DNA of 61,943 nucleotides. Source: Zwartia sp. Lineage in GTDB: Bacteria > Pseudomonadota > Gammaproteobacteria > Burkholderiales > Burkholderiaceae_B. Position numbers and translations under genes: made by a program. Positions 1 through 9,918 of this stretch are shown piece after piece. The DNA lies in the NCBI RefSeq assembly GCF_030653405.1, contig NZ_JAURZO010000049.1; one strand, written 5' to 3'. Under the pieces are notes generated by a model. That model made no database searches, was not told the origin of the DNA, and worked only from the letters and a program-made list of their open reading frames with translations. Numbering within the stretch: the first letter of the stretch is position 1; every line of letters begins with the position of its first letter.

Positions 1-2
1 TG

Positions 3-422
3 AGCTACGCAATGGTGCAGCTCCTGACGCGCAAGCTGGCAAACCGTGTCGAAAGTGAGCAGATGTTCGTGTATGCGGCGAGTACGTGCTGGTTCATGGG
101 TTTGATTGTCATCATGGTATTTTGGCCGGAATTATGGCCAACCGGGCGTGACATGCTGGAAATGCTCTTAATGGGTATGTTCGGCGGTGTTGGGCAATAT
201 CTTTTGATTCTCGCGTTCAAGCGTGTACCTGCTTCAACGCTGGCGCCTCTAAATTATTTTCAACTTGCCCTGGCTGTACTGCTAGGCGAATTGTTTTTTG
301 GGCAGATGCCTAATTTGTTGTCCTTTGCAGGTATTGCCTTGATCGTTGCGGCTGGTTTGTCTTTGACCTTACCTATGTTGATATCGTCCTTGCGTGCCCG
401 TTCACTTCGTCGCGTCCGTTAA
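3..422 (+). CDS. DMT/EamA family transporter, 5'-truncated by the window edge
   Basis: Frame is open from the left edge. Hydrophobic helices and an EamA-type 'AFKRVPASTLAPLNYFQL..A...G.LFFG..P' motif. Confidence 0.85.
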   Translation, partial: SYAMVQLLTRKLANRVESEQMFVYAASTCWFMGLIVIMVFWPELWPTGRDMLEMLLMGMFGGVGQYLLILAFKRVPASTLAPLNYFQLALAVLLGELFFGQMPNLLSFAGIALIVAAGLSLTLPMLISSLRARSLRRVR

Positions 423-436
423 GTACTGGAGATTTC

Positions 437-1459
437 GTGAAAAGTTTTTTTCATCCCAAGCAAAAGCTGCATCATCCGCAAACATATTTATCGCGCGGCA
501 AGATGCGAATACCCCAGGAAATCCCTGAACGTGCAGAGCAAATATTAAAAGGGTTGGCGCAACTCAATTTACCCGTGACAGAGCCGATTGATCATGGCAT
601 GGCGCCTTTGTTGCGGGTGCATGATGCCGCCTATCTGGATTTCTTACAGACGGCACATGCGGAGTGGAAAACGGTTGGGCCTGACTGGGGCGATGAGGTG
701 ATCCCTAACGTCTATGTAAGAGAGCCCAACGCGCTGCGCGGTATTTTGGCAAAAGCGGGGAGGTATCTGGCCGATGGGAGCTGTCCGGTCGGGCCGCATA
801 CGTGGACAACGGCGTATTGGGGTGCGCAGGCCGCCATTTCAGGAGCACAGGCGATTTTGGCTGGAGATAAAAAAGCCTATGCGTTGTGTCGTCCTCCCGG
901 ACATCACACGCGTAAAGATGCTGCGGGTGGTTTTTGTTATTTAAATAATGCGGCGATCGCGGCAGAGTTATTGCGTGACAAGTATCAACGTGTGGTGATA
1001 TTGGACACGGATGTTCACCATGGTCAGGGCGTTCAGGAAATTTTCTACAATCGCGATGATGTGTTGTATGTGTCGGTGCATGGGGATCCGACTAATTTTT
1101 ATCCTGTCACGGCAGGCTTTGACGACGAGACGGGGGCGAGTGTCGGTGTTGGCTACAACTTGAACTTGCCTATGCCGCATGGCTCCAGCGAAGAGGTCTT
1201 TTTTGAACGTGTGCAACAGGCGCTCAAGGCGATTGAGGCATTCAAGCCAGATGCGCTCGTGTATTGCCTCGGCTTTGATGTGTACAAGGATGATCCGCAA
1301 ACTAAAGTGGCGGTAACGACCGATGGTTTTGGTCGGCTTGGGCGGTTAGTGGCCGAGCTAAATTTGCCAACACTCGTCGTGCAAGAGGGTGGCTACCATC
1401 TGGAAACGCTCGCCACCAACACCGTGAGCTTTTTCAACGGTTTTCTTGCAAGGGCATAA
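437..1459 (+). CDS. Histone deacetylase family protein (acetylpolyamine amidohydrolase-like)
   Basis: RPPGHH, GGFCYLNNAA, DTDVHHGQG and QEGGY zinc-deacetylase motifs; GTG start with GGAG upstream. Confidence 0.9.
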   Translation: MKSFFHPKQKLHHPQTYLSRGKMRIPQEIPERAEQILKGLAQLNLPVTEPIDHGMAPLLRVHDAAYLDFLQTAHAEWKTVGPDWGDEVIPNVYVREPNALRGILAKAGRYLADGSCPVGPHTWTTAYWGAQAAISGAQAILAGDKKAYALCRPPGHHTRKDAAGGFCYLNNAAIAAELLRDKYQRVVILDTDVHHGQGVQEIFYNRDDVLYVSVHGDPTNFYPVTAGFDDETGASVGVGYNLNLPMPHGSSEEVFFERVQQALKAIEAFKPDALVYCLGFDVYKDDPQTKVAVTTDGFGRLGRLVAELNLPTLVVQEGGYHLETLATNTVSFFNGFLARA

Positions 1460-1466
1460 GCACGGC

Positions 1467-2768
1467 TCAGTCAGGCAGACAGCTCTCGCCGCGGATCAAA
1501 TCCGCGAAGGTCTCGCGCTGACGAATGACGTGGTAACGCGTACCATCGACCATGACTTCTGCCGGACGGGGGCGACTGTTGTAGTTGCCAGCCATCACAA
1601 AGCCATAGGCCCCGGCTGATTCGATCGCGAGTACATCACCTTCGTTGAGAGCGAGTTGGCGCGCCCGTGCAAGCCAGTCAGCGCTTTCACATATCGGTCC
1701 GACAACGTCATAAAGTGTGTTGTCCCCTTGTTGAGGCTTGACGGGCAACACGCCATGCCAGGCCTCATATAGCGCAGGACGCATGAGATCATTCATGGCG
1801 GCATCGACAATCGCAAAATTGCGGGCTTCAGTGTGTTTGAGGTATTGGACTGTTGTCAAAAGAACGCCGGCATTGCCAACGAGAGAGCGTCCAGGCTCGA
1901 GTACTAGCTCGAGATGGTCGAAACCACGGGCTTTGAGCTGGGCAAAGACCTTGTCGAGTAATACCTTGGGTGCGAGCGGTGTTTCGTCATCGTATCGGAT
2001 ACCAAGACCACCGCCCAAATCGAGATGTTTGAGATTAATGCCGAGTCCGACGAGTTGCTCGATCAGCTTGAGCAGTTTGTCCAGAGCGTCGAGATATGGA
2101 CTGACTTCTGTAATCTGTGAGCCGATGTGGCAGTCGACGCCCACGACGTTGATTCCAGGCAACGTTGTCGCGAGTTGATATGCAGCCAGAGCTTCCTCAA
2201 TGGCGATGCCGAACTTATTTTCTTTTAAGCCTGTTGAAATGTAGGGGTGCGTTTGCGCATCGACATCGGGATTGACGCGTAATGACACGGAAGCGGTTTT
2301 TCCGATGCGGGTAGCCACATGCGACAGGCGGTTGAGCTCAGGGAGTGACTCAACATTGAAACATTTGACCCCAGCTTCTAATGCCGCTTGCATTTCCCAA
2401 TCTTGTTTGCCCACCCCAGAGAAGACGACCTTAGCTGGGTTTGCACCAGCAGCGAGTACGCGTGCAAGCTCTCCGCCTGAGACAATGTCAAAGCCGCTCC
2501 CCAGACGTGCGAATTCTTTGAGAACCGCGAGATTGGAGTTCGCCTTCATGCCAAAGCAGACAAGTACGCGATGTGTGCCAATGGCATCTTTATAGGAAGC
2601 CCAGGCGCTTGCCAAGGCGGCTCGAGAATAAACATACAGCGGTGTGCCCAACTGTTGAGCAAGTAAGCTAAGAGACACATCCTCAGCGAACAACTCTTCA
2701 TTTTTGTAATGAAAATGTGGGGATCCGGCGGGTGTGGCAAGGGTTGTGATTTTGGCTGAAGCGGTCAT
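1467..2768 (-). CDS. lysA: Diaminopimelate decarboxylase
   Basis: PLP lysine motif MKANSN, plus HIGSQ, LDLGGG, EPGRSLV, GPICESAD and NYNSRPR. Start placed at ATG 2768; the ORF extends to 2813. Confidence 0.96.
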   Translation of the reverse strand: MTASAKITTLATPAGSPHFHYKNEELFAEDVSLSLLAQQLGTPLYVYSRAALASAWASYKDAIGTHRVLVCFGMKANSNLAVLKEFARLGSGFDIVSGGELARVLAAGANPAKVVFSGVGKQDWEMQAALEAGVKCFNVESLPELNRLSHVATRIGKTASVSLRVNPDVDAQTHPYISTGLKENKFGIAIEEALAAYQLATTLPGINVVGVDCHIGSQITEVSPYLDALDKLLKLIEQLVGLGINLKHLDLGGGLGIRYDDETPLAPKVLLDKVFAQLKARGFDHLELVLEPGRSLVGNAGVLLTTVQYLKHTEARNFAIVDAAMNDLMRPALYEAWHGVLPVKPQQGDNTLYDVVGPICESADWLARARQLALNEGDVLAIESAGAYGFVMAGNYNSRPRPAEVMVDGTRYHVIRQRETFADLIRGESCLPD

Positions 2769-2882
2769 GTTGGGGCTATGGGTATTCAAAGGATTGTCGA
2801 TGTATTCAAGCACAATATGACGGCAGTGTTGCCAATATCAGTCGTATCAATAATGGTGTTGTGAATACGCGTGTTGAGAATA

Positions 2883-3125
2883 CTATTGCGCCGGCGCTGG
2901 GTTCGTTGCAGATGTATTTCCAGACGCGCCTGAGGCGCTTGAGGCAACTGGATCGACAGGAATGGCTGGTTTAGGCGCTTGGCTCTCAGGCGTCGCCGGT
3001 TTTGGCGGGGGCAAGTAAAGAGGCCCTTTAAAGCCGCAGCCGGTGATTAAGCCAGTCGATGCGCTCGCTAACGCGAGCATCGCTACAATGCCGGCAAGAC
3101 TGCGACGATGGGTTGTGCGAATCAC
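2883..3125 (-). CDS. lptM: LptM/YifL (LppL) family small lipoprotein
   Basis: Lipobox ITGC followed by the signature CGFKGPLYLP and a Pro/Ala tail. GTG start at 3125 with GGAG upstream. Conserved position between cyaY and lysA. Confidence 0.85.
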   Translation of the reverse strand: MIRTTHRRSLAGIVAMLALASASTGLITGCGFKGPLYLPPPKPATPESQAPKPAIPVDPVASSASGASGNTSATNPAPAQ

Positions 3126-3157
3126 TGCATACTCCCACAAATGTGAGGACAAGGATA

Positions 3158-3487
3158 ATGAACGATACAGAATTTCATACTCGGGCAACCGCCATTCTAG
3201 ATGCAATAGAGACTCAAGCAGACCATTGGTTTGAACAGTTGGATCTTGACGTAGAAACCAAGCGCAATGGCAATGTATTGAACTTGATTTTTGAAAGCGG
3301 GCATCAGGTTGTTATTAACAGTCAGGCACCTCTTCATGAAATGTGGCTGGCGGCACGCTCCGGCGGATTTCATTACCGGTTTGACGGTCAGTACTGGAAA
3401 GATACCCGAGGAGGTCGAGACTTGCACGAGTTGCTTTCTGAGATTTGCTCCGCAGAGACCGGTCAAAAATTGGTGGTCACGCTCTAG
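3158..3487 (+). CDS. cyaY: Iron donor protein CyaY (frataxin)
   Basis: MNDTEFH start and VINSQAPLHEMWLAARSGGFHY motif; ATG 3158 with AAGGA upstream. Confidence 0.95.
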   Translation: MNDTEFHTRATAILDAIETQADHWFEQLDLDVETKRNGNVLNLIFESGHQVVINSQAPLHEMWLAARSGGFHYRFDGQYWKDTRGGRDLHELLSEICSAETGQKLVVTL

Positions 3488-3521
3488 GTTGATCACATCT
3501 TATAAAGATCCCCGCAAGATT

Positions 3522-5957
3522 CTAGTTGCCGATCGGCTCGCGCCGGTTGCCACTAGAACGATTGCCGGAACGATTGCCTTCACCACCACCCAAGCTGTCT
3601 AGCAAGTCTCCAAGCGAGTCTTGACTTGGATCGCCCAAGCTTTTTACAGCCTCTTTTGGTGGGAACTCTTTAAAATACATGTTGCCACCTTCGATGATCA
3701 AGCCCTCTGGCGGTGGTCCGCGTTTTTGCTCAGGAAATTCTTTTAGGGCATTTTGCATATAACCGAGCCAGATCGGCAGAGAAGCTCCACCACCGGTTTC
3801 GCGTGAGCCGAGTGACCGGGGCTGATCGTAGCCAAGCCACGCCACGCCAACGATTTGAGGGGTATAGCCGGCGAACCATGCATCGACGGAGTCGTTCGTT
3901 GTACCGGTTTTCCCCGCCAGATCCCCACGTTTGAGCACTTGTCTTGAGCGCGCTGCCGTGCCAGACGTGGCAACACCGCGAAGCATGTCATCCATCACAT
4001 AAGCCGTGCGGGCATCAATGGCACGTGCGGCAGTGTCGCCTGCGACGATTGGTTTGGCACGCATCAAAACCTGACCGTTTGCATCGGTCACATGATCAAT
4101 GAGGTACGGGGTCACGCGGTAGCCGCCGTTGGCAAATACTGAAAAACCCGTTGCCAGCTGCATGGGGGTCACGGCCCCGGATCCAAGCGCCATTGGTAAG
4201 ACGGCAGCATGTTTAGCCTTGTCAAAACCAAAGCGAGTGATGAACTCCTGAGCGTATTGCGGACCGATAGACTGCAAGATACGGATTGACACCATGTTTT
4301 TTGAGCGGGCAATGGCCTCACGCATGGACATCATTTCTCCGTACTCGCCACCGTAGTTTTTGGGTGTCCAAGCTTTGCCGGAGCCCGTTTGTTCAGCGCT
4401 GAGTTCGAAAGGCTGATCTGAAATCATGGTCCCGGGTGTCAGGCCACGCTCAAGCGATGCTGCGTAAATGAACGGCTTGAAAGCAGAACCAGGTTGACGC
4501 CATGCCTGTGTCACACGATTGAAGTTACCGTGATAGAAATCAAACCCCCCCACCATGGCCCGTAAAGCACCGTCTTGGGGGATCATCGCCACAAAGGCTG
4601 CTTGAACGGTTGGCAGGTTCAGGATTTCCCAGTAAGTCGGCGTTTTGTGGAGATAAACGACAGAGCCGCGTTGCAAGCGCAGCGCTGCTGGTGCTTTGGG
4701 ATTGAGCGCACGCGCGATAATCGCCAAGGCTTTTTTGTCATTGATGACAACGATCTCGCTTGAGCTGCGGACAACCCGAATTTCGTTGGGTTTGACCGAC
4801 AGCACGACGCCGATCGGCATGTCGGTGCGTTCTGGGTGTTTTTCTGTCACGCCGTCTAGAAATTCATCTAGTTTGGTAGGGTCGTCTTCAAGACCTGCAG
4901 GCAGCGTTAATTGGGCTTCCGGGCCAGGATAGGGCGCGCGACGGGTATAGTCCAACACGCCCTCTCGCAAAGACTCGTATGCCCATTCCTGATCCTTGGA
5001 GTGAATCGTCGTGTAGACGTTCAGGCCGCGCGTGTAGACGTTATCTGGATAAATACTGATCATCAGTTGTCGGGCAAGCTCAGCAGCATACTCGCCATGT
5101 ACGGCATAGCCTCCTGCGGGCGTGCCTTGGGATGACTTGACGATCACGGGTTGGGCGAGCGCAGCTTTGTATTCGGTATCGGTCAGGTAACCGAGTGAGT
5201 GCATCCGGCCCAATACATAGCGCTGGCGTAACACTGCGCGCGGCTTGTTGGCGATTGGATTGAAACGAGAGGGTGCCTTGGGGATGCCAGCGAGCAAAGC
5301 CGCATCGGCCGCCGTGATATCAGAAATTTCTTTGCCGAGATAAGTGCGGGAGGCCGCTGCAAACCCGTAAGCCCGATGGCCCAGGTAAATCTGGTTAAGG
5401 TAAAGCTCGAGGATCTGATCTTTGGATAGGCTGGCTTCGATTTTGAAGGTCAGCAATAGTTCGTAGAACTTGCGGGACCATGTTTTTTCAGAAGACAGGT
5501 AGAAGTTTCGAGCCACCTGCATGGTGATCGTGCTTGCACCCTGACTTTTCTGCATAGAAATCAGGTTTGTCAGGCCGGCACGAATGACGCCAATCCAGTC
5601 AATCCCACCATGCTGATAAAAGCGGTCATCTTCGGCGGACAGGACTGCCGATTTCATGACATCCGGGAACTCTTCGAAGCGCAGTACGTTTCTGCGTTCT
5701 TCGCCGAATTCACCAATGAGTACTTTGTCAGCGGTGAAGATGCGCAGAGGTACGCGAGGCCGATAGTCGGTCATCGCGTTCAGGTCTGGCAAGTTGGGCC
5801 AAGCTAGCGCAAGTGCCATTCCGACCAATAGGGCTGCGCACAAGGCGAGTCCAGCGGACAGGATTGTGAATTTCAGCAAAAACCGGACAAGAAACGAGCC
5901 ACGAGGCTTATGTTCTGTCTGATCTTCATCTTCGTTGGAGTGGGTATATTTGCTCAT
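3522..5957 (-). CDS. mrcA: Penicillin-binding protein 1A
   Basis: N-terminal TM helix; transglycosylase motifs EDDRFYQH and GASTITMQ; transpeptidase motifs SAFK, SKN and KTGT. Confidence 0.95.
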   Translation of the reverse strand: MSKYTHSNEDEDQTEHKPRGSFLVRFLLKFTILSAGLALCAALLVGMALALAWPNLPDLNAMTDYRPRVPLRIFTADKVLIGEFGEERRNVLRFEEFPDVMKSAVLSAEDDRFYQHGGIDWIGVIRAGLTNLISMQKSQGASTITMQVARNFYLSSEKTWSRKFYELLLTFKIEASLSKDQILELYLNQIYLGHRAYGFAAASRTYLGKEISDITAADAALLAGIPKAPSRFNPIANKPRAVLRQRYVLGRMHSLGYLTDTEYKAALAQPVIVKSSQGTPAGGYAVHGEYAAELARQLMISIYPDNVYTRGLNVYTTIHSKDQEWAYESLREGVLDYTRRAPYPGPEAQLTLPAGLEDDPTKLDEFLDGVTEKHPERTDMPIGVVLSVKPNEIRVVRSSSEIVVINDKKALAIIARALNPKAPAALRLQRGSVVYLHKTPTYWEILNLPTVQAAFVAMIPQDGALRAMVGGFDFYHGNFNRVTQAWRQPGSAFKPFIYAASLERGLTPGTMISDQPFELSAEQTGSGKAWTPKNYGGEYGEMMSMREAIARSKNMVSIRILQSIGPQYAQEFITRFGFDKAKHAAVLPMALGSGAVTPMQLATGFSVFANGGYRVTPYLIDHVTDANGQVLMRAKPIVAGDTAARAIDARTAYVMDDMLRGVATSGTAARSRQVLKRGDLAGKTGTTNDSVDAWFAGYTPQIVGVAWLGYDQPRSLGSRETGGGASLPIWLGYMQNALKEFPEQKRGPPPEGLIIEGGNMYFKEFPPKEAVKSLGDPSQDSLGDLLDSLGGGEGNRSGNRSSGNRREPIGN

Positions 5958-6001
5958 TGCGTGTCATTTTAAAGGTTTTGCGAGGGTTTGCCCGGATCAG
6001 T

Positions 6002-6030
6002 TTGAGGCGGGGGGCGGTCAATGGGATAAT
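6002..6030 (+). promoter_or_regulatory. Putative sigma70 promoter for aroK-aroB(-dgt)
   Basis: TTGAGG (6002-6007), 17-nt spacer, GATAAT (6025-6030), with an extended -10 TG at 6022-6023. Confidence 0.5.
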
Positions 6031-6036
6031 GTCCGT

Positions 6037-6756
6037 ATGAATAATGAAGCGCTTGCGCCCGAGCCCCACAGTTCCGGTGACCCGAATCCTTCGAGTGAGA
6101 TGCAAATCCAGCCCCAGATCGTCGGGCCGCTGACCCACGACAGCCCGGTTTTTCTGGTGGGCATGATGGGTGCGGGCAAGACCACGATTGGTAAAGCGCT
6201 TGCCAAGGTCCTGCAAAGAGAGTTCATCGATCTTGATCATGAGCTTGAGGCACGTTGCGGCGTCCGTATTCCTGTGATCTTTGAGATCGAAGGCGAGCAA
6301 GGGTTCCGTAAACGTGAGTGCCAGGTGCTCGATGACTGCACGGTCAGGCCTAATTTGGTCATGGCGACGGGTGGCGGGGCGGTGTTGGCCGAGGAAAATC
6401 GCCAAGCGCTTAAAAGCCGAGGCATCGTGGTGTATTTGCGTGCCAGTGTCGAAGAGTTGTACCGGCGCACGAGCCGAGATCGCAACCGACCTTTGCTCGC
6501 GACGCCGGATCCTCGGGCGACCTTGCGAAGTCTGCTTGAGCTGCGTGAGCCACTTTATGAGTCTGTCGCGGATATTGTGGTCGAAACAGGCACCACCTCG
6601 GTCAATCATCTTGTGGCACAGCTTGTTGAGCGACTCAAGCAAATTGAAAAGACCGTCGATCACAGTGCCAGAAGCCGGCCTGGCAATTCATCAGAGAATA
6701 TGCGCGCTGATTTTGCTGCGAGTCACACCATAGAGAACAAGCCATGCACACCGTAG
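6037..6756 (+). CDS. aroK: Shikimate kinase
   Basis: Walker A GMMGAGKT, plus DLD, GEQGFR, ATGGG and RPLL; upstream of aroB. Start uncertain (ATG 6037 or 6100). About 35 aa C-terminal extension overlaps aroB. Confidence 0.93.
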   Translation: MNNEALAPEPHSSGDPNPSSEMQIQPQIVGPLTHDSPVFLVGMMGAGKTTIGKALAKVLQREFIDLDHELEARCGVRIPVIFEIEGEQGFRKRECQVLDDCTVRPNLVMATGGGAVLAEENRQALKSRGIVVYLRASVEELYRRTSRDRNRPLLATPDPRATLRSLLELREPLYESVADIVVETGTTSVNHLVAQLVERLKQIEKTVDHSARSRPGNSSENMRADFAASHTIENKPCTP

Positions 6757-7823
6757 AAGTCGCGACCCCGGGCGGTCACTACCCTATCAATATCGCACCA
6801 GGCCGTCTGGCCACTTTGGCAGCAACGATCCCCGCTGATGCGACGTCAATCGCGCTGATTACTAATCCAGTTATTCAAGCACTGGTCGGTCATCAGGTGA
6901 CAGAAGTTTTGGCGCAAACGGGCAAGCGAATTGTGCCTGTGATCTTGCCGGATGGGGAAGCAAATAAAACATGGGAAACACTGAATCAAATTTTTGATGT
7001 GATGCTGGGGGCGCAGCTGGATCGCCGCACGGTGGTGGTAGCGCTTGGCGGGGGCGTCATTGGTGACATGGCGGGCTTCGCCGCCGCAGTCTATATGCGG
7101 GGTGTGCGTTTTGTTCAGGTGCCAACAACATTGCTGTCTCAGGTTGACTCCTCAGTGGGCGGCAAGACCGCCGTCAACCATCCGCTCGGTAAAAATATGA
7201 TTGGTGCGTTTTATCAGCCCATCGCTGTTGAGATCGACACGGATGTTTTAAAAACATTACCTGATCGCGAAATGTCTGCAGGTCTGGCCGAGGTCATCAA
7301 GTATGGGTTAATTCTGGATGCTTCTTTTTTTGAGTGGTGTGAAAAAAATGCAACTGGCTTGCGCGCGCGCGATCCGGAATTGTTAGCGTTAGCAATTCGC
7401 CGTTCATGTGAATTCAAGGCTTGGGTGGTTTCGCAAGATGAGCGTGAAACAGGTCTTCGCGCGATTTTGAATCTCGGCCATACCTTTGGACATGCCATCG
7501 AGGCGGGTTCAGGCTATGGCGCGCTGCTCCACGGTGAGGCCGTCGGGACGGGCTTGATTATGGCGGCAGACTTATCGGCCGAGCTTCTGGGCTTTCCCAA
7601 AGCAGATGTTCAGCGCGTTCGTGATTTGGTGCAAGCGATTGGTTGCCCGGTGGTCGGTCCGCGTTTGGGGGGCGTTGATCACTGGATGACCTTGATGCGT
7701 GGTGACAAGAAAACTGAAGCGGGTGAGATTACGTTTGTATTAATGCCCAAAATTGGTGAGGCGATTCGTCGCGGTGCGCCGCCTGAACTTGTGTCGCGTG
7801 TGATTTTGCGCAATACCGCCTGA
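6744..7823 (+). CDS. aroB: 3-dehydroquinate synthase
   Basis: [33 protein letters not shown] and HGEAV motifs. Confidence 0.97.
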   Translation: MHTVEVATPGGHYPINIAPGRLATLAATIPADATSIALITNPVIQALVGHQVTEVLAQTGKRIVPVILPDGEANKTWETLNQIFDVMLGAQLDRRTVVVALGGGVIGDMAGFAAAVYMRGVRFVQVPTTLLSQVDSSVGGKTAVNHPLGKNMIGAFYQPIAVEIDTDVLKTLPDREMSAGLAEVIKYGLILDASFFEWCEKNATGLRARDPELLALAIRRSCEFKAWVVSQDERETGLRAILNLGHTFGHAIEAGSGYGALLHGEAVGTGLIMAADLSAELLGFPKADVQRVRDLVQAIGCPVVGPRLGGVDHWMTLMRGDKKTEAGEITFVLMPKIGEAIRRGAPPELVSRVILRNTA

Positions 7824-7861
7824 AATGTCGAAGCAATGGGTCAACGCTGAGGAGGTCGATC

Positions 7862-9001
7862 GTGTCTGAGCTCGCAATGTACGCTTCATATTCCGAACGC
7901 AGCCGTGGCCGTCGTTATCCGGAGCCGGCGCCCAATAATCGCAGCGAGTTTCAACGCGATCGTGATCGGATTATTCACGCGGGTGCCTTCAGACGTCTCG
8001 AGTACAAGACGCAGGTTTTTATCAATCACGAGGGTGATCTTTTTCGCACACGCCTGACGCATTCGCTTGAAGTCGCCCAAATTGCGAGAGTGTTGGCACG
8101 CAGCTTGCATTTGAGTGAAGACTTAACAGAAGCCATTGCTCTTGCGCATGATTTGGGCCACACGCCTTTTGGTCATGCGGGGCAGGACGAGCTCAACGCC
8201 TGCATGCGCGCTTTTGCACCTGAGGCAGGTGGTTTTGAGCATAATTTACAAAGTTTGCGGGTCGTTGATGAGCTCGAAGAGCGTTATGCGGCCTTTAACG
8301 GCTTGAATCTGTGCTTTGAGACGCGTGAAGGTATTCTCAAGCATTGTTCGCTTAAGCATGCAAAATTACTTGGTGACGTTGGTCAGCGGTTTATTGATCG
8401 TACGCAGCCTTCCCTTGAGGCACAACTCGCTAATCTTGCGGATGAAATCGCCTACAACAATCATGATATTGATGATGGTTTACGATCCGGGCTTCTCACC
8501 GTCGAACAGCTGCAAACTGTGCCGATATTTGCACGTCACTATGCATTGACGCAGCAAAAGTGGCCAACGCTCAATGAACGTCGTGTCATCGCTGAGACGA
8601 TTCGCAGCATGATTAATACGCTGATTACGGATGTTACGCACACAACGCAGGCTAATCTTGTCAATGCAGCACCCGTTGATGCGGATGCTGCGCGTCGTTG
8701 TGGTCCATTGGTCGCATTTTCACCTTTGTTACGTACTGAAGCTGACACGCTAAAGAGGTTTTTGTTTGAAAATTTGTATCGTCACTATAAGGTGATGCGA
8801 ATGACGAATAAGGCTCGGCGGATTGTGCGAGAGCTTTTTGAAGCGTTCGTAAGCGAACCCCGATTATTGCCACCCGATTATCGGCATGATGATGCGATGA
8901 TTCAAGCGCGCGCGATTGCCGACTACATTGCTGGAATGACGGATCGTTACGCGATCCGTGAACACCACCGACTTTTTCGGATGGGTACCCAGTTTGATTA
9001 G
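7862..9001 (+). CDS. dgt: Deoxyguanosinetriphosphate triphosphohydrolase-like HD protein
   Basis: [31 protein letters not shown] and DYIAGMTD motifs; usual position after aroB. Confidence 0.93.
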   Translation: MSELAMYASYSERSRGRRYPEPAPNNRSEFQRDRDRIIHAGAFRRLEYKTQVFINHEGDLFRTRLTHSLEVAQIARVLARSLHLSEDLTEAIALAHDLGHTPFGHAGQDELNACMRAFAPEAGGFEHNLQSLRVVDELEERYAAFNGLNLCFETREGILKHCSLKHAKLLGDVGQRFIDRTQPSLEAQLANLADEIAYNNHDIDDGLRSGLLTVEQLQTVPIFARHYALTQQKWPTLNERRVIAETIRSMINTLITDVTHTTQANLVNAAPVDADAARRCGPLVAFSPLLRTEADTLKRFLFENLYRHYKVMRMTNKARRIVRELFEAFVSEPRLLPPDYRHDDAMIQARAIADYIAGMTDRYAIREHHRLFRMGTQFD

Positions 9002-9017
9002 TATCAGGGAGAGATAA

Positions 9018-9914
9018 ATGATTTCACCTATTCGCTTGTTTGCACTTTCAGCCGCTTTTGCCGCTGTGGGTCTGTTGTCAGGTTGTTCTCAGCCAGCTGC
9101 ACCAATCAGGAGTGTCGAGCGTGCACCTATGCCGACCGGCGCCGTCGCTTTGCCCGTCGCGCCGCCTGCATCGAATTTTGAGGCGTCAGGGATGCCGCCT
9201 GCGTCTGGTGTGTCCGGCTCAGCTGGTGCGCCTGTGACGCAGCCGCCTCAGTGGACTGCTCCAAATCAGGCCGGCAATGTCCAGGTGGGTACTTATACGC
9301 AGCCCTCTCAACAAGGCATGATGGGTACTGCGGATGGGGCCAGAGGCGCAGTCGTCATGAGTGGTGAGGTCAGAGAAGGGGAGCGTCGCTTGGCGCTTGT
9401 TCAGGCCTGTCAGGCTAACGCGATGGGCGTGCGCGATCAGTGTAGTTTGGGTTTTGCCGATACACGCGGCGGGCGTGAGGTGACGAGTCAGGTCCAGGCT
9501 TATTTTTTGAGTACGAGTGCGAGCCTTGCGCCAAAGGTTACGTTTGAAAACTACTGTGGTGCTGGTTGGTTAGCAACTGTGATGTCGACCCAAGGTACGG
9601 TGCAGGGAGGCGGTGTTTTGCAGACACAGGCTGCCGTATGTGGACACCCTTCTGCCGGTCAGGCGCTAACGGCTTTGTTTAATGCCTGTGACGCGCAGAC
9701 TCAGGGTGGTTGTCGCCAGTCGACGGCGGTCAAGGTCGCATGGGGATACTGGGATGGGCTACAAATGCCCGGTACTGATGCTGATATCGGACGACCATAC
9801 CCTGCCGACCGTTTTCCTGACTCTCAGTTATGTGAGTCGAGATTACCTTTGCAAGAGTCTGGTTTGTGTCCCTCAAGTGCAGCCGTACCTTTGCGTTTGC
9901 TCGGCTTACCTTGA
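9018..9914 (+). CDS. Hypothetical Cys-rich lipoprotein
   Basis: GGGAGAG RBS, signal peptide with lipobox LLSGC, Pro/Ala/Gly linker and a C-terminal domain with 8 Cys. Confidence 0.75.
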   Translation: MISPIRLFALSAAFAAVGLLSGCSQPAAPIRSVERAPMPTGAVALPVAPPASNFEASGMPPASGVSGSAGAPVTQPPQWTAPNQAGNVQVGTYTQPSQQGMMGTADGARGAVVMSGEVREGERRLALVQACQANAMGVRDQCSLGFADTRGGREVTSQVQAYFLSTSASLAPKVTFENYCGAGWLATVMSTQGTVQGGGVLQTQAAVCGHPSAGQALTALFNACDAQTQGGCRQSTAVKVAWGYWDGLQMPGTDADIGRPYPADRFPDSQLCESRLPLQESGLCPSSAAVPLRLLGLP

Positions 9915-9918
9915 TGTG

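Noticed and set aside
2769..2882. Lysine riboswitch upstream of lysA
   Set aside because: The spacer is only about 114 bp, shorter than a lysine riboswitch, with no recognisable conserved core or terminator.
5926..6663. 245-aa minus-strand ORF
   Set aside because: Antisense shadow of aroK with no recognisable motifs.
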